Source: Marsupella aquatica (taxonomy: Eukaryota > Plantae > Marchantiophyta). Taken from it: DNA of 64,000 bases. The position numbers and the translations under genes were made by a program. Numbering within the stretch: the first letter of the stretch is position 1; every line of letters starts with the position of its first letter. This document shows positions 38,346 through 51,986 of this stretch, piece by piece. Below the pieces are notes generated by a model. It was given only the letters and a program-made list of their open reading frames with translations, was not told where the DNA came from and ran no database searches. The stretch lies in contig OZ316894.1 in NCBI GenBank assembly GCA_973895155.1, positions 2,372,457 through 2,436,456 of the forward strand, read 5' to 3'.

Positions 38346-41300
38346 CAACTAGTTTGACGATTTACTTCGCCATTTGGATCAAAGAATCTCAAACGAAGGC
38401 CATCAAAACAATGCAAAAATATGGATTCGTCGGTGTTACACCTTTCGTTTGTGTTCCCTCGCAAACAGTCATGTCATCAAAGTCATAAACTCCTCACTCC
38501 TCAGTCAACTGGAGAGGTGATGGCATTTACACTTACTGTCTTGGAGTAAAGTCACCCAACATTGCATGGTGGTGTAATTAAAATGCATGCTTGAAATAAA
38601 ACCGGATTATAACACATCTTTGTCGGGCGTTAACTACTATATTTTACGAGGCAGTACAAGCTGGACAAATGTTATGATTACTTGCCTCCAGTTGTAGTGT
38701 ATTTTATAGTCATAATTAATGAGTAGAAAATCTCGATAGTGATGCTAGGATGTACCGAATTACGATCCCATGGCCCCAGCAACCAGGATGGACAAGGTTA
38801 TTGTTGACCGAAAAAAATATGGATGTTTTTACAAACATACGTGCTTCATGAGCTAAACAAGGTTTTTTTGGCAGTCCATCCAGGCATGTGTTAAACATTT
38901 GGGTACATGGGGGCTTCCGTTTCCAGTTTTATAATTGTACGTGAACGGTCCATTGGAGTCCCAAAAATCAAGGATGTGATCCATGGGACCATTAACTTCC
39001 TAACGACATCAACTTGTTAGAGTTGATAATTGATCTTGGCAATATATATCAGACTACCAAACAACAAAAGGCGCCAAAGGGGAGGTTGTGGGTGTTGAGA
39101 TTATGAGATATTCCATATTTAAAAACTATTACCCCAACTGTCCACGAACACCAAAGTTAGGGGTTGACTAGATATATTTTACAGAAAATATACAACGACA
39201 AATATTACTTTTTATTTTGCATTGAAGATTTCTTTTCCTTCTTATATGTGATAAACATTTGATCAAAATCATATACAATGTACATGGTTTCTAGAACTTA
39301 AAGTCAGGATGGACCTGCACGTTGTCCATGAATCTCTCATGAATAAACCAAACCTGTATGGACTTGACTAAAACATAAAAAATATGTTTGCATATTGTTT
39401 TTTACATTTCTGCCCAAAAAATACACTATAAGTAACCAAATCATCACTTCTATTCCAATATTTTCCTTGTCAGTAAACTCTGTCACCATTTTTGTCTTAA
39501 AAATATGACAGAGGCCAAAGCACTTTAATTGAAGGCTGCGCTTCATTCTTCCAACTCTTTCCCCTCCAAACAGTAATTTTTAGACTTTAATAAAAAATAA
39601 AAATGTAAAGCACATTTAGGTAGTTATATAAATACCTTATCTAACCTTCATGGGAGATGACATTCTGAGTAGATTGAGTGCTTCAGATTTTACTCATACC
39701 ACCTCAAGTAAATTAGCTCAATGGTAAAAACCAAATGAATCTAATTTACTCAAAAATAAATTTTTATGTTCATAAGCCCTGCAAAAAGGGGGACAAAAGT
39801 AGCACAATAACTCATGAACTAAGGAAACAATTCCCACCAAGGAGGTTAGGGGGTCAAATTTAAAGCCCAAATAAGCTCAATTTGTCATAGATAAATTACA
39901 ATTTTCTACCTATTTTCTCGAGATTCTAGGGCATTTATACTTTACGTAATGACTATACGACTTTCAAAAATGTTTTTTTTATAGAGCATTGCTCTTGTTA
40001 CCGGGATTATAGTAATTTTTTCATTTTGGAGCAAGTTTTTCATTTTGGAGACCATTGTTCTTGTTATAAATAGTGTTTTTATTAATTTATTGTTATAGAG
40101 CTACTTGAGAATTTTTTGGGGGAGTATTGTTGATGAATTCAATTTTTCAGAGAGTGCTACTGAATGTTTTTAGAGAAAAACTACAATTAATTTTCTGGTA
40201 ACAAATCTACCAAAAATCATATTTTTCATATAACGTTGCTCTTGTTACAAAGAACACTTCGAGTACTTTGCCGCTGCGAAGCTATGAAAGATTTTAAATG
40301 TGCATCTTCACTCCATTCCATTTACATTCTCAATTTGGCATTGAGGTGAGCACATAATGTTCTTAGACCTATATAAATGTAGGTGAACAAATGAGAGAAT
40401 TTATCATCCATTTGTAGTTGAACTGTCTCATGATTAGGTGTAAAATGGTATGTTCCCTGTCACAGTCCATGGGGATAACCGGGCAAACATGCCAGTCCAT
40501 CCAGGCTTTTGTTTCTGATTTCTACAATAATTTGTAGTGGGCCCTAAACACCAAAACATAAAACTGATTACAGGGGAATTTAACATATCTTAAATTGAAC
40601 ATGGAGGTGTTGTCAGAATAAGTTTATACAATCAACTAACCTTGCCCTTAGCTGTGTGAAACTAACACATAGTCTTCGTACAAGGTAGTGTTCTTTTCAC
40701 ACAACCAAGGACAAAAAGTTGTGGAACATGAACTTGGTGGTACATAAATTTTTGGGTTTATAGAACTTAACCTAGTACTAGTTCACTAAGGCGCATTGAG
40801 TTTTGAGTTTTTAGCCCCTATGTGACTGACTAGCTACTAAACAAGGGGGTGCACCGCACCCCTGCAATAATGTATGGAGTGCCACCTACGTTGGAGTGTT
40901 GTCTGATTGAGCACCACAGTTTGGGGATCTTCCTAGGTAAGCTCTTTTCCTTAGGAGTGCATGTAATATTAGGGGATTTTTTAGTGATTAGGGGAGTGTG
41001 GCAAAATGACAAATCCAACACTACTTGATTAGCATAATTCACCTACTTCACTTGCACCACTTTTGCATTCCTGGATAAGCGCAAACCCATAAAATGTGCA
41101 CTTATGAATAAGAGTGCATGATTACATCCCTCGGTTAAACATGTAATTATCAAGGGTTTACAGGGAATTGATACAAAGTTGTGTTGGCAATGGCAGATTG
41201 AGCATCACAAAGTCAATGAACAACAAAAGGGACTAATAAATGGCACATGCGCAATGCAAATGCTCAATGTACCCAGATGACACAAAGAATCCTTGAAAAT

Positions 41301-41521
41301 AAAGTTTATAACAAAACCCTAAGATTCTGAGTCCAATGCTTCATAAAAAGTAGAAGCTGACTTCAATTCCTATGTCTAGACTACACAACTTCTTCATCCA
41401 GGGTGATGGGTCTCTAGAAAGTCATTTATGACTCTCTGCATTCGTTTCCCATCAGCTGCTGGCCTGACCGCGTGCACAATGTTAGGTTAGATACCAGGAG
41501 TGATGCCTTCACTTTCATCCA

Positions 41522-41597
41522 GCAGCCTCTGGCATAGTGGTAGCCCACTTGGGTGGGGAGGCAAAGGTTTAGGATTTGAATCCTCTTGTGAACACAT
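41522..41597 (+). mobile_element. tRNA-derived SINE head (Pol III A/B boxes)
   Basis: A box TGGCATAGTGG (41530-41540) and degenerate B box GGATTTGAATCC (41572-41583) at tRNA-like spacing. No intact cloverleaf. Confidence 0.5.
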
Positions 41598-42387
41598 TGC
41601 TTTTACACCAACCGCACCCAAAATTGGCAATTTCTTGAGTTTTGTGGCCAACCGATGGATGCGAACTGGCAATGGTTCAGACAAGCTTGGAAGAGCATCT
41701 CCAACGGTTACTTGGTTGGTCTACTCTAACGCTATGTTGACAAAACCCAATAAGGTTGAACCAAAAAGGCAACCCCAATAGGTTACTGTAAAGTTATTCA
41801 CTTGTGACCTTATTGAGTTTTTTTGGTTACTGGATCTGTCTATGAGTTGTTCTATAGTGTGCATTGATTGAATATAAGTTGGATTCATTCATGGGTTCTC
41901 CAAGATCTAATAATTAATTAGTATCCAACAGTGCTTATGCTAGGAGGTACCAAAAACAAGGAACCATTGGGCTTGCCTTTTGACATATCATCCTTGCTAT
42001 ATAAAGACAGTAAGCAAATATCATACACCGTTGGAGACTGCGCCATGAGAAAGTTATCTTTCTCCAAGGAAAGATAAATTTGCAATCCCTCACACCCAGT
42101 TCCTTCTCAACAAGTTGAGCTTGCTGTCCCTTAGCGTTCTCCACTATCAAATCCGCAGAAATTGTCACTCAAGCTTCCTGGGCAGTGAGTAACCAATGAA
42201 CAAGCTTTCCTCCAATGCAAGCAGTGTGCACTTTGACTTCTCTTGACTTTATTGACATATGCCAATGGCTTATGTGCTTAAAAAGTTGTCTTGTAGCAAA
42301 ATTTTTGCGCTTAGGAAAAATGCAAAATCGTACATCAAACTGCCAAAATACAAAAGATATCTAACCAGGAGACACAATCCCACAGGT

Positions 42388-42540
42388 AAACAACACAATC
42401 TAGGAAAAACAACAAAAGAGCCAAAAGGCCAGGGAAGGCAAACAACACAATCTAGGAAAAACAACAAAAGAGCCAAAAGGCCAGGGACGGCAAACAACTC
42501 AATCTAGGAAAAACAAGAAAAGAGCCAAAAGACAAGGGAC
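42388..42540. repeat. ~52-bp tandem repeat x3
   Basis: AAACAACACAATCTAGGAAAAACAACAAAAGAGCCAAAAGGCCAGGGA unit. It lies within a segment that is T-rich on the minus strand and resembles a LINE 3' end. Confidence 0.85.
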
Positions 42541-43487
42541 CCTTGCAAAAGTACACTACAAAAGTAGCAAGGAACACAACTTCTAAAACACACCTAACTG
42601 CAACCTGGTAAAGTTCCCAGGCGAATGGCATGGGAGTATCAAGCAAGGGAATTTGACTAGAGACCCTAAAACCAATCACTTTCCAGTGTAAACACTTTCC
42701 AGTGTAAACTCCACCTAAAAGAAGAGGGAAGAACAAGATGCCTTTAGCTATGCCAATTTTGCGCTTATGGAGTGTGCGCTTAAGAAATGTACTCTTCCGC
42801 CTTACACCGTACGGTGCCACATGTTTATCTCACATTTCTAATCCCTGACAGGCGGAAATGGGCCGTTGATCTCGAGAGGAGCCTCGATCGACGACCTCTA
42901 TTCATAGTGCAGAGAAACTCGCCATTATTTCCACATTATCATTTTTCCCGTACAATAGAGTATGGTTTACGTCCATCCAAAAAGGAATAACTCTGTTTGG
43001 GGCCGAACTGCATCACTCGTTTCGTATCTAGCAATTACAATTGATTAGACAGATAATTACTCCTCTTTAGTAACGCAGATTACTGCCAATCACCGTACCG
43101 TGTCAGTCCCTGGTTTGTCGCGGAACACTGATTTATCAGTGATTAGACCTCCAGACTCGTCGGTAATCACTGTCTTACGCGACATTTTTGGAGCAATAAT
43201 TGTGTTAGCAATGCAGCCTTAATATCTAGAATGCAAACAAGAAATGGCTTGTTTCTGCAGCGTAGAATTATCTGCTGCTTAATTGCTCTCCTGGAAATCT
43301 GGCGATTCCTTCACTTTCTCCTTGGATTCGCTTTTCAACTCAAGAGGGAGAGAGTCAAACATGTTAATAATAGTGTCTGGAGTTTAGGGTCAAATGATTG
43401 GTCACCGTAGGCCCAATTTGGATTGTTATAAGCAGAGTTATTGTGCAAAGTGATAGTGATTAAGTCACATGCAAGAGAGAGGGAGCA

Positions 43488-43606
43488 GGAGGGGCAATTT
43501 TTAATGTGTACCTTATGTTTCGAAATGGGGGAATTGTAGGAACGTCATGAGGAGAGGGTAATTTTTAATGTGTATCTTGTGTTTCGATAATGGGAGAATT
43601 GTAGGG
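43488..43606. repeat. Tandem duplication, ~66 bp x2
   Basis: AATTTTTAATGTGTA.CTT.TGTTTCGA..TGGG.GAATTGTAGG occurs twice. Confidence 0.85.
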
Positions 43607-46600
43607 CAACTCATGGCCCCAAGGGGTTATGGCTCTAGCCCCGTGTGACCATGGGTGACGATCTATTTTGATCTGAAAGCTGCACCTGAAATTGGATAAT
43701 CCTAGAGGTGAGTTTGTCTGGCAACATGTCATAACCCCTCGGCCAGGCGGGGGGGGGGGGGGGGTTTATGGTTCACAACCATCCATAGAGATACAAAGAG
43801 AAAATTGCACATTATGATCATGATGCTAAGAATACTCCACATCAAAATTTCCAAGATTGATTGTTTAGGTGTGGATCTTGCTAGATTTAATATAGCAGTC
43901 AGATTCTGGCTGAAAGGGGGTATGTGGTTAGGTGGGAGTTTAGTCAAACAAAGACTAAATTTTTTTGACCACTGAAGAAACGCTGACTCTGATCGTAGGC
44001 ACACACACACACACACATGTTGTTTGGATGAAGGGAAAAATGGAGAGGATCCTAGACTACACGAGGTAGACTAAAAGCACCAGTGACTTATTTATTTGGT
44101 GTGGGAGCTACCTGGCAACTGCCTCAAGGGTATTTGAGGGAAACGGGATGGGAGCTACCTAACATTTAGATAATCTTCCTAAAATTATGGAAAGCATCGT
44201 TGCTGATGTTTAGGACAGCCAGGCAAGTCCAACTGAAAGTAAAGGCAGCTTTGGGCAAAATTTTGCTCCCTGAATTTTTTGGATCTTCTGGGCAGGTACA
44301 CCGAAAATTAAGCTCCCCTGGATTGGCAAAGTTGGGATGGACTTTGACGGAACCCCCAAAAGACTCTGATAGCGTGCACCTTCTACAATATTGACTGACA
44401 TCTGACATGTAAATTGTTGGCAATCTGGTTCAGTTAGTTTACCAGGGGTAAGTGGCTGCTCATGCCCAAGCTGCTCATGGAGTCTTTCACAAAAGTGAAG
44501 TGTCCAATTTCAGTTGATTTATAACATTAACCATATTTGTGCTCGTCAGAAATGAAGCAAATTATCTAGCATCAAACTTTTGTCACATAAATATATTTCA
44601 CTGATGTCAAATCTGAGTAAAACGAGGGATCTAAGAGTTGTCCAAATAAATGAATAAGCTTGCCAAATATCAACCCTGTACTGTTAGTCTGGGTGCCTAA
44701 AAATACTACTCATGGCATTTTTCATACAAGTAAATGGTCCTTCCCGAAATTCCATACAATGCGCCAGTCTTGGCAGTGTGAATTGGCTAATAAGTTTATG
44801 TAGTCTATGGGGATGGGTACGGACAATGTCTCTTGGTCCATCAGAGTTTCAGTCTTTCTAAAAATAAAACAATCACAACCCATCAAGCGGGTGCAAGTGG
44901 CTTTACATGACAAGCCCTGCACTTTGAGATGAGAAAGGTGTTGAGCCGACTTAGGTGGAATGCAAAGGGGTGCAAATGCCCCCCCAAAGTCCTCATTTAT
45001 TTTTTGACCCATCACTCGCAAATAAGTATATGATTTTTTAATTGGGTTCAGCAAATGACTCATAAATTTTTGTGGAAGAATGTTATGTTCTTTAAATCCA
45101 ATTTGAGGATTTTAAGGAAACATAGAGGTTTAAAACCAGCTTTGAGGATGTTTTTGCAACAATTTCAAAAGACACAGGCAACAAAATACTGGAAAAACTT
45201 GTTTCTTAATAGGTTTTACCACGGTTGTTAATAAAAAACCATTGTGCCTGACATGAGACCCCCTTAATGTGAGACCCCCTAATAATAGAGTTTCATTTTG
45301 CTAAAAATCTTTTCATTGCTCGAGAGGCCAGTAGAGAAAAAGAGAAACACAGGAGAGATACTCGAAGAAAAACGTTGTATTCGCGCAAACTTTATTTTTC
45401 CCCCCAAGGGCAGGGGGGAGATAGCAGAGACCGGACTGTCCCCGAAATCCGGTTTGCGTCGCTCCATTTTGTTCGCAAAGTCTTCGATCGCCACTAGAGG
45501 ACTGACTGGTACTGTAGGTACTATGGTCGTCGTCCTCGAGCTTCTCTATTCCTCCGGAGAATCTGCTTCCTTGCTCGCTGGCTGGCCTGCAACTTTCTTC
45601 CACCCTCTGCTGCTGTGCTGCATCTGCTTCCAACCTCTGCCGTGCTGCATCCAGCATCCAGCTCCAGGCCCTGGTCCCAGACCCAGTTCCAGTCCCAGTC
45701 CCTGCCATTGCGCAGAAGCTCGCAGATTTCTGTACCGACCAACCAATGGCCGATTTGCATCGAGCGAGAGTCTGCAGGTCTGCTGAGCGGGAGGTGGGAT
45801 TGGGAGTGTCGATTGTGGAAGTGGAGTGGAGTGGAGTGGAGTGGCGGCTGCTCACGAAGGAGCAGGCAATGAGGCAAGGCAAGAGGAGACAAGGGAGCTG
45901 CGAGCTACAGTCGGTGGATGAATGAAAAAGGAGTCAGCAGCAGAGTAGTAGCCCCCCTGCAAAGTTGAGCTGATGAATGGTGTATGATGGGAGTGAGTGA
46001 GCGAGGCGGACGAGAAGAGACGAGGGTGGGGTGGGTGGTGGGGTGGTGGTGGTGGTGGTGGTGGCTCTTGTTGGCGTGGAGCGAGGGAAAATCGTCTGTG
46101 GGGAGAAAAAATGGAGGGAGTCGTCAGCAGGACATCGGTGATAGAATGATGGCAGATTGCCAGAAGTGCTGGACGACGACAAGGGGGGCATTAGTGAACT
46201 CTCAGAGTGGCTACGGTAGTTTACTGCTGTAACTCACTCACTCCGCACATGCTCCTCCATTGCTGGGGCTTGGCTTGTCCTGGCGCTGAACAAGATTACT
46301 GCCGCACTGCCGGACGCCTGCTGCCACCACCTAAAGCTCGCGCGCTTCTGCACAGGTAGAGCGTGTTCCTCGTCCTCCTCGTGAAGGAGGGCTTGCACCC
46401 ATCATTCTCGTCCTGGTCCTCCTCCCTCCTCCATCTTCGCTCTACTGCTGCAGCTGCTGCTGCGGCCCTCCCTCCCAATCCGCCGCCACCGACGGCAGGA
46501 TGCGCTCACCGACTCGCCCAATGCTTGCAAATCCTGTTGATTTTCATCTGTCTGCTCCTCCTCCCCCTCCTCCTGCTTCTCCTCCTGCCAAGTGAAAGAG

Positions 46601-47431
46601 TATTCCTCCGTCCTTCCCTTCCGGGCTGCCATCTCGGTTGCCATCTCGACTGCCATTGCTTCTCGTCTCTTCTCTTCTCATCTCTCAGCTGGGTTGGCTT
46701 TGGTTGCACTGCTGGTGCACCATCTCGTGCGACGAATTTTTGCATCATTTGGGTTTGTTGTCTCGTCTCAGCCGCTTTGGCTTTGGTCGCACTGGTCGTG
46801 CCCCTCTTCTTGGACGAAGCGACCCCTCATTTGGGTGTGGAGAAAAGGAGACAATGGAGAAGAGGAGGAGATAAACACTGCCTCTTGAGTGTTGGAATGT
46901 GGTGGATTTGACGTACCCAGGACTTGGGGTGGACTCGTGACTGTCTGTACGAGTGTGGATCTACTGTCCAGGCGATGACGATGATCTTCGGTGCAGCTTA
47001 GGTTAGGTGAGGGCCTCGCTGGATCATACAACAGGGAGAAGTTGGGCAGGCTGATTCCCATTGTGATTTTAAAGTAAAGATTGCCACCACTTGCACTTGC
47101 CCTGTGCAAATGTATGTAAGTGGGGTTGATAACTCGCCAGCCCTTCTTGTGTTAATGCAATTGGAGGAAAATGTAGTGAGGCTTAGCCCTGAGATGTTGT
47201 TGCTGCAGTCGGGGCACTATTACAGTTGTTTGTCGATCACTGGGAAGCGTGTGGAGTTCAATATGAGAGTCTCTAGGTGCCAACAAGGAACGGGATCAAT
47301 CGGGGTTTCGGAAAGTGGATGCAGCTGGTTGACACATCACAGCAATGCCGCACCCTCTGGATGCCCGGGCAGGACAACATTCTAGATTATTTCAGGGGCT
47401 AGGCAGAAAATAGTAACTGGCCATTGTAGAG

Positions 47432-50400
47432 ATGGAGGTAGTTCTTTCTTCGCATAGTTTGTGGAACAGGAGGAAGACAATGCAGAGAACACCTTCCGCA
47501 TTTGTTGTACCACTGCTGCTGTTCTTATTCGTCTACTTCCCATCCCTAACCGTTTGGGCTCAACAAATGCCGTCCGGGGACGCTCTTGCCTTGATTCGAT
47601 TCAAGCAGAAGATAACACTTGATCCAACCGGATATCTCCAAAGCACTTGGAATGAGAACTCTTTGGACGCTAAAGGATGTCCGAAGAATTGGTATGGTGT
47701 AAATTGTTCCGACCAGGGTAATGTTATTACTGTAAGCTTGGCTAACCTTGCTCTTCAGGGGGAGCTCGTCAGTGGAACGCTGGGCAGTCTCTTTGGTCTC
47801 TTGAATCTCTCCCTTTCGAACAACTCGTTCAGGGGCACGCTGCCGGATGACTTTGGGAGTCTTGCTAAGATCGTTTACATAGATTTATCGGATAACAGGT
47901 TTGTGGGTTTAATACCCGGTAGCTTGGTCAACCTGCCCTCGTTGACCAACCTGAGCCTGGCTGGAAATGGGCTAAATGGGTCGATTCCTATGAGCCTTGG
48001 TATGTCCATACAAAACCTGGATTTGAGCAGGAACAAGCTGGGAGGACCAATACCTAACACTTTGACCCAATTACAACAGCTGGTGGCACTCAATCTCTCC
48101 ACCAACAATCTGGAAGGAAGCATTCCACAACAGTTTCCGAACTTGCTGCTGCTGGAGACGTTGGACCTTCAAGGAAATCAGCTTTCAGGGAGTATAGACT
48201 CTTCTTTGCTCGCTCTCAGCAAAATCTGGTATGCGGATTTGAGCTCAAATAAATTCACAGGGCGTCTACCGTGGCAGCTATCAGCACCTGTCTCGAACGT
48301 CGTGCAGCACGTCAACCTGAGCCATAATCAGCTTTCGGATACATTTAGCACCGTCGGAGTTCTTTTTACGTCTTCTTTGATGGTTCTGGATATTAGTTAC
48401 AATCAGCTCTATGGACCGCTGCCAAGTTTCCAATACGCGATTGCTCTTACGTCTCTGAGGCTGAATGACAACTCGTTATCGAACTCTATCCCAGCAACTC
48501 TTTACCAAAGTCCGTCCATGCTGACCGAATTGGATCTGAGCGCAAATCAGCTCACTGGTATGTATATATCTAAAGCTGACTTAGTAGGCATCTTCCTATG
48601 CTTGCTGCGGTCCATGCCCCCCGGCCCCTCCCTTCAACCAACAAATGCTCTCCCTTTATTTCTCACCCATCTCTCTTTGAGAGCTCTGATATGGCTTGGA
48701 AGTAATCCCCTTCGTTTTTGAGGGACATGAGTGACATGCTCTGAGACATTTGGTAGTAGAAACATTAGTGTTATGGATCTTGCTTCTGCATGGACGGTCA
48801 TATCCCCGGTGTCAAACCTTGGATGTGAATCTTATTTGCATAGTGTGTTGTGTCTTGAAGTGCCTGGGCATTTGAAGTCTTTAATGTCGGAGGTAGTTTT
48901 CGTCCTGTAGGATTTCTAAGAGAGGGCTGACTGCTTGTTCGAATGGCGCTTATGGTGGGGGCACTTTATTTCCAATGAAGTCAGTGAAGGATCAGTTTGA
49001 AAAAGGAGTGGAGGAAACAAGGGGATAGTATCTGTTTGCGAACATTTTAGGTCGTAGCTCTGCTCTGACATTAGAACTGTACAGGACATCTCGGGAAGAG
49101 GTTCACATGGTTGCCAGGGAGAGATGGGATGTTCTGAAGTTCAGAGTCAGATGTTGAGTTGAAGTAGCCCTGACGAAGTGCTTTGTTTGATGACATTCAG
49201 CAGGCTAATGTTGTGCGTATGCGCTTCTCGTACATGCTGATCACGGGGATCTGGTTTTTGTTCTTGCAGGACCTGTCCAGGCGATCACATCCAATTTCTT
49301 GACAACAATCAATCTATCAAAAAATATGCTTGATGGGACTCTGCCTTCTTCCATAGGACAATGCAAGTCTTTGGACTTGAGCAGCAACAAGTTCCATGGA
49401 GATGTGTTGGTGATGCAGAGCTGGGGGCAGATATTGCAAAGGCTTGATCTGAGCCACAATCAGCTTACAGGACCAGTCGGCGATTTGAATCCATTCCAAC
49501 AGCTGATTTATTTGAATTTCTCTCAGAACCAGCTTTCAGGCTCTCTCCCAGGTCCATTTGGGTCATCACAGGTCCTAAGTGTCGTTGACTTAAGCTCCAA
49601 TCAGTTTGGAGGAGGGATCCCACGTTCCTTTTTTTACTCCTCGCTAACGTCTCTGTCGCTTTCACATAATCAGTTTTCTGGACCCATACCAATTTCAGCG
49701 AACTCTTCCCCTTCATCTTCTGCACCAGCTCCACTTGTGAGTCCCAGTCATCTGCAGGTACTGGCTGATACGACCCAGCTTTCACCTCTTCTTTTGCTAG
49801 ATCTTTCAAGTAATCATCTCACTGGTTCAATTCCTGGAAAAATAGGCGCCATATCCAACCTGGTAGTCTTGAATCTTAGTAATAACTCACTATCCGGCCA
49901 AATTTCATCCCAATTAGATGGACTCAATAGCCTTCAAGATCTTGATTTATCAAGGAATCAGCTAACTGGATCTATACCTCCTCTGTTACCTAACAGCCTG
50001 ACAGTGTTGAACCTCTCGAGAAATAATCTTTCAGGGCCTGTGCCTAAAAGTTTAGCCAGATTTCCTTACTCGTCATTTTTCCCTGGAAATCCTCTATTGA
50101 TATGGTCAGGTAATGGTCCTCAAAAGTCGCCTTCTCGAGAAGATGATTCACACTCAAAAGTGACAGCAGGTTTGATTGGAGGAATCACAGCAGGAGCGGT
50201 TGTTGTCTTCCTTATAGGCGTTTTCATCTACTGTTACAGGTATCCCAAATCTAAAGGTAGTACTCCGGCATCTGAGTTTGGTGGAAGTCAAAGAGGATTT
50301 GAACAATTTAAGGCACCTGCAGGTCAAACCCCAGCCGAGGTTGAAGATGATTTAGAGCTTGGTGCTCCTAATGCTTTGCCAGTCGTGGCTGCTGGGAAAA

Positions 50401-51986
50401 GTGTGAATTCCATGAAGGGAAAGAGTAGTCCCACCAAAATTGGCTCTCCAGAGGCCAAGGTGGGGAACGATATACATGAACGGGATACAGGTCCCACTGA
50501 TAACCAGCGGCTACCATCCGTGACCGAAGATGTACTGTCCCCTGCACACCCACTTGTTTCGAAGGTGTCTCCAGAGCACGTAATTGAACAGAAGGTGAAT
50601 TCACCCGAACAGTTAGTGGGTGATGTGTTTTTCCTAGATAAGACTCTTTCATTCTCTGCAGAAGATTTATCAAGAGCTCCTGCTGAGGTCCTGGGTAGAA
50701 GTAATCATGGAACTTCGTACAAGGCAACTCTTGATGATGACCACGTCTTGGTTGTAAAGTGGCTCAAAGTAGAGCTGGCTAAAAGTAGAAAGGAATTCGG
50801 AATGGAAGCAAAGAAGTTTGGTAACATCAAGCACCAAAACTTAATGTCATTGAAAGGCTTTTATTGGGGGCCCCGTGAGCATGAAAAGCTGATCTTATCT
50901 GATTATGTGGCTGGAGGAAACTTAGCCGATCGACTCCAAGGTGAGCATCTATTTCTTGTTTAACTGATGGTCCTGTGGCGTTCTTGTTTTGAGAGGTGTC
51001 AAGGTTCTGGTGACTTTCCTACAACGCGGTCTGTGATTTTCAAGCACTCGTTCCAGAGTGCTTTTGTTCGAGCATTATAAATTGAAGTGGAAACCATGTC
51101 CTTATTTTGATTTCCAAAGAATGCACATCATAGATAATGTAGCATTGAGGAAATTCATTCTCAAAATTAATCTCGCCTCGCTTCTCCCAGATCTACGGAA
51201 ATGTAGGTGGTCAATAAATGATTTAAAAGTATCGTCTGCTTAATTGCTTGAGCGTTGTACTCTTGTACGTCTAGAGGTTTCGTATTTCTTTGAAGTGATT
51301 TGCAAACATTGTGCCTCTCAGAGATCCATGCATGGGCTTGTGACATATTAGGAAATATGATTTTGAAAACTTCCATCTTTGTGCGTGCAGAAAGGACAGA
51401 ACTGTCACTGCCACTATTGACTTGGCCGCAACGGCTCAAAGTAGCTGTGGACGTTTCTCGTGGGCTTTTGTATCTACATACAAGGCATCGCTGGGCACAT
51501 GGGAATATCAAGGCATCTAATATATTGCTCACAGAAGATCCAAACTTCGAAGCTCGACTTTCAGACTTCAGCCTGCACCGGCTCATGACGCCTGCTGGGA
51601 TTGAAAACCAAGTTATCAACTCAGGTGCATTAGGGTATTGTGCACCTGAACTTTTGGCTGGCAAGAAGCCGAGGCCCTCCTCGAAGTCTGATGTTTTCTC
51701 ATTTGGTGTTATCTTGATGGAATTAATCACAGGTAAGAGTGCTGGAGATATAGTATCTGCAAGCACTGGGATTGTAGATTTACCAGATTGGGTAAGGGTG
51801 GTTGCTAATGAAGGTCATGCGATTGATTGCTATGACACGGCGTTAGTTGGGGTGGACCGAGATCTAGAACCTCCTATGGGAATTGAAACGGTGCTTGCCC
51901 TGTCTCTAAGTTGTGCTGCTCCCCAATCATCCAGACCCAGTATGAGAGTCGTTCATGAGGGGCTTGCCGCTATCAACCTTGAATGA
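47432..51986 (+). CDS. LRR receptor-like pseudokinase, GHR1/SIRK1/PAN2-like, ~1130 aa (1114 aa if it starts at ATG 47480)
   Basis: Exons 47432-48557, 49270-50940 and 51391-51986 (GT-AG, phase 1/1). Signal peptide; LRRNT (ALIRFKQKITLDPTG..W..GCPKNWYGVNC); about 20 plant LRRs; SSFFPGN cap; TM (GLIGGITAGAVVVFLIGVFIYCY). Kinase domain LSRAPAEVLGRSNHGTSYKATL..VKWL..YWGPREHEKLILSDY..HGNIKASNILL..DFSLHRLMT..GALGY. Confidence 0.95.

Noticed and set aside
41522-41597. Functional tRNA gene
   Set aside because: The acceptor and anticodon stems do not pair and the B box is mutated; treated as a SINE head.
51167-51766. Minus-strand ORFs over the LRR-RLK (and similar ones over the CCCH gene and the retroelement ORF)
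   Set aside because: Antisense shadows of real coding frames.
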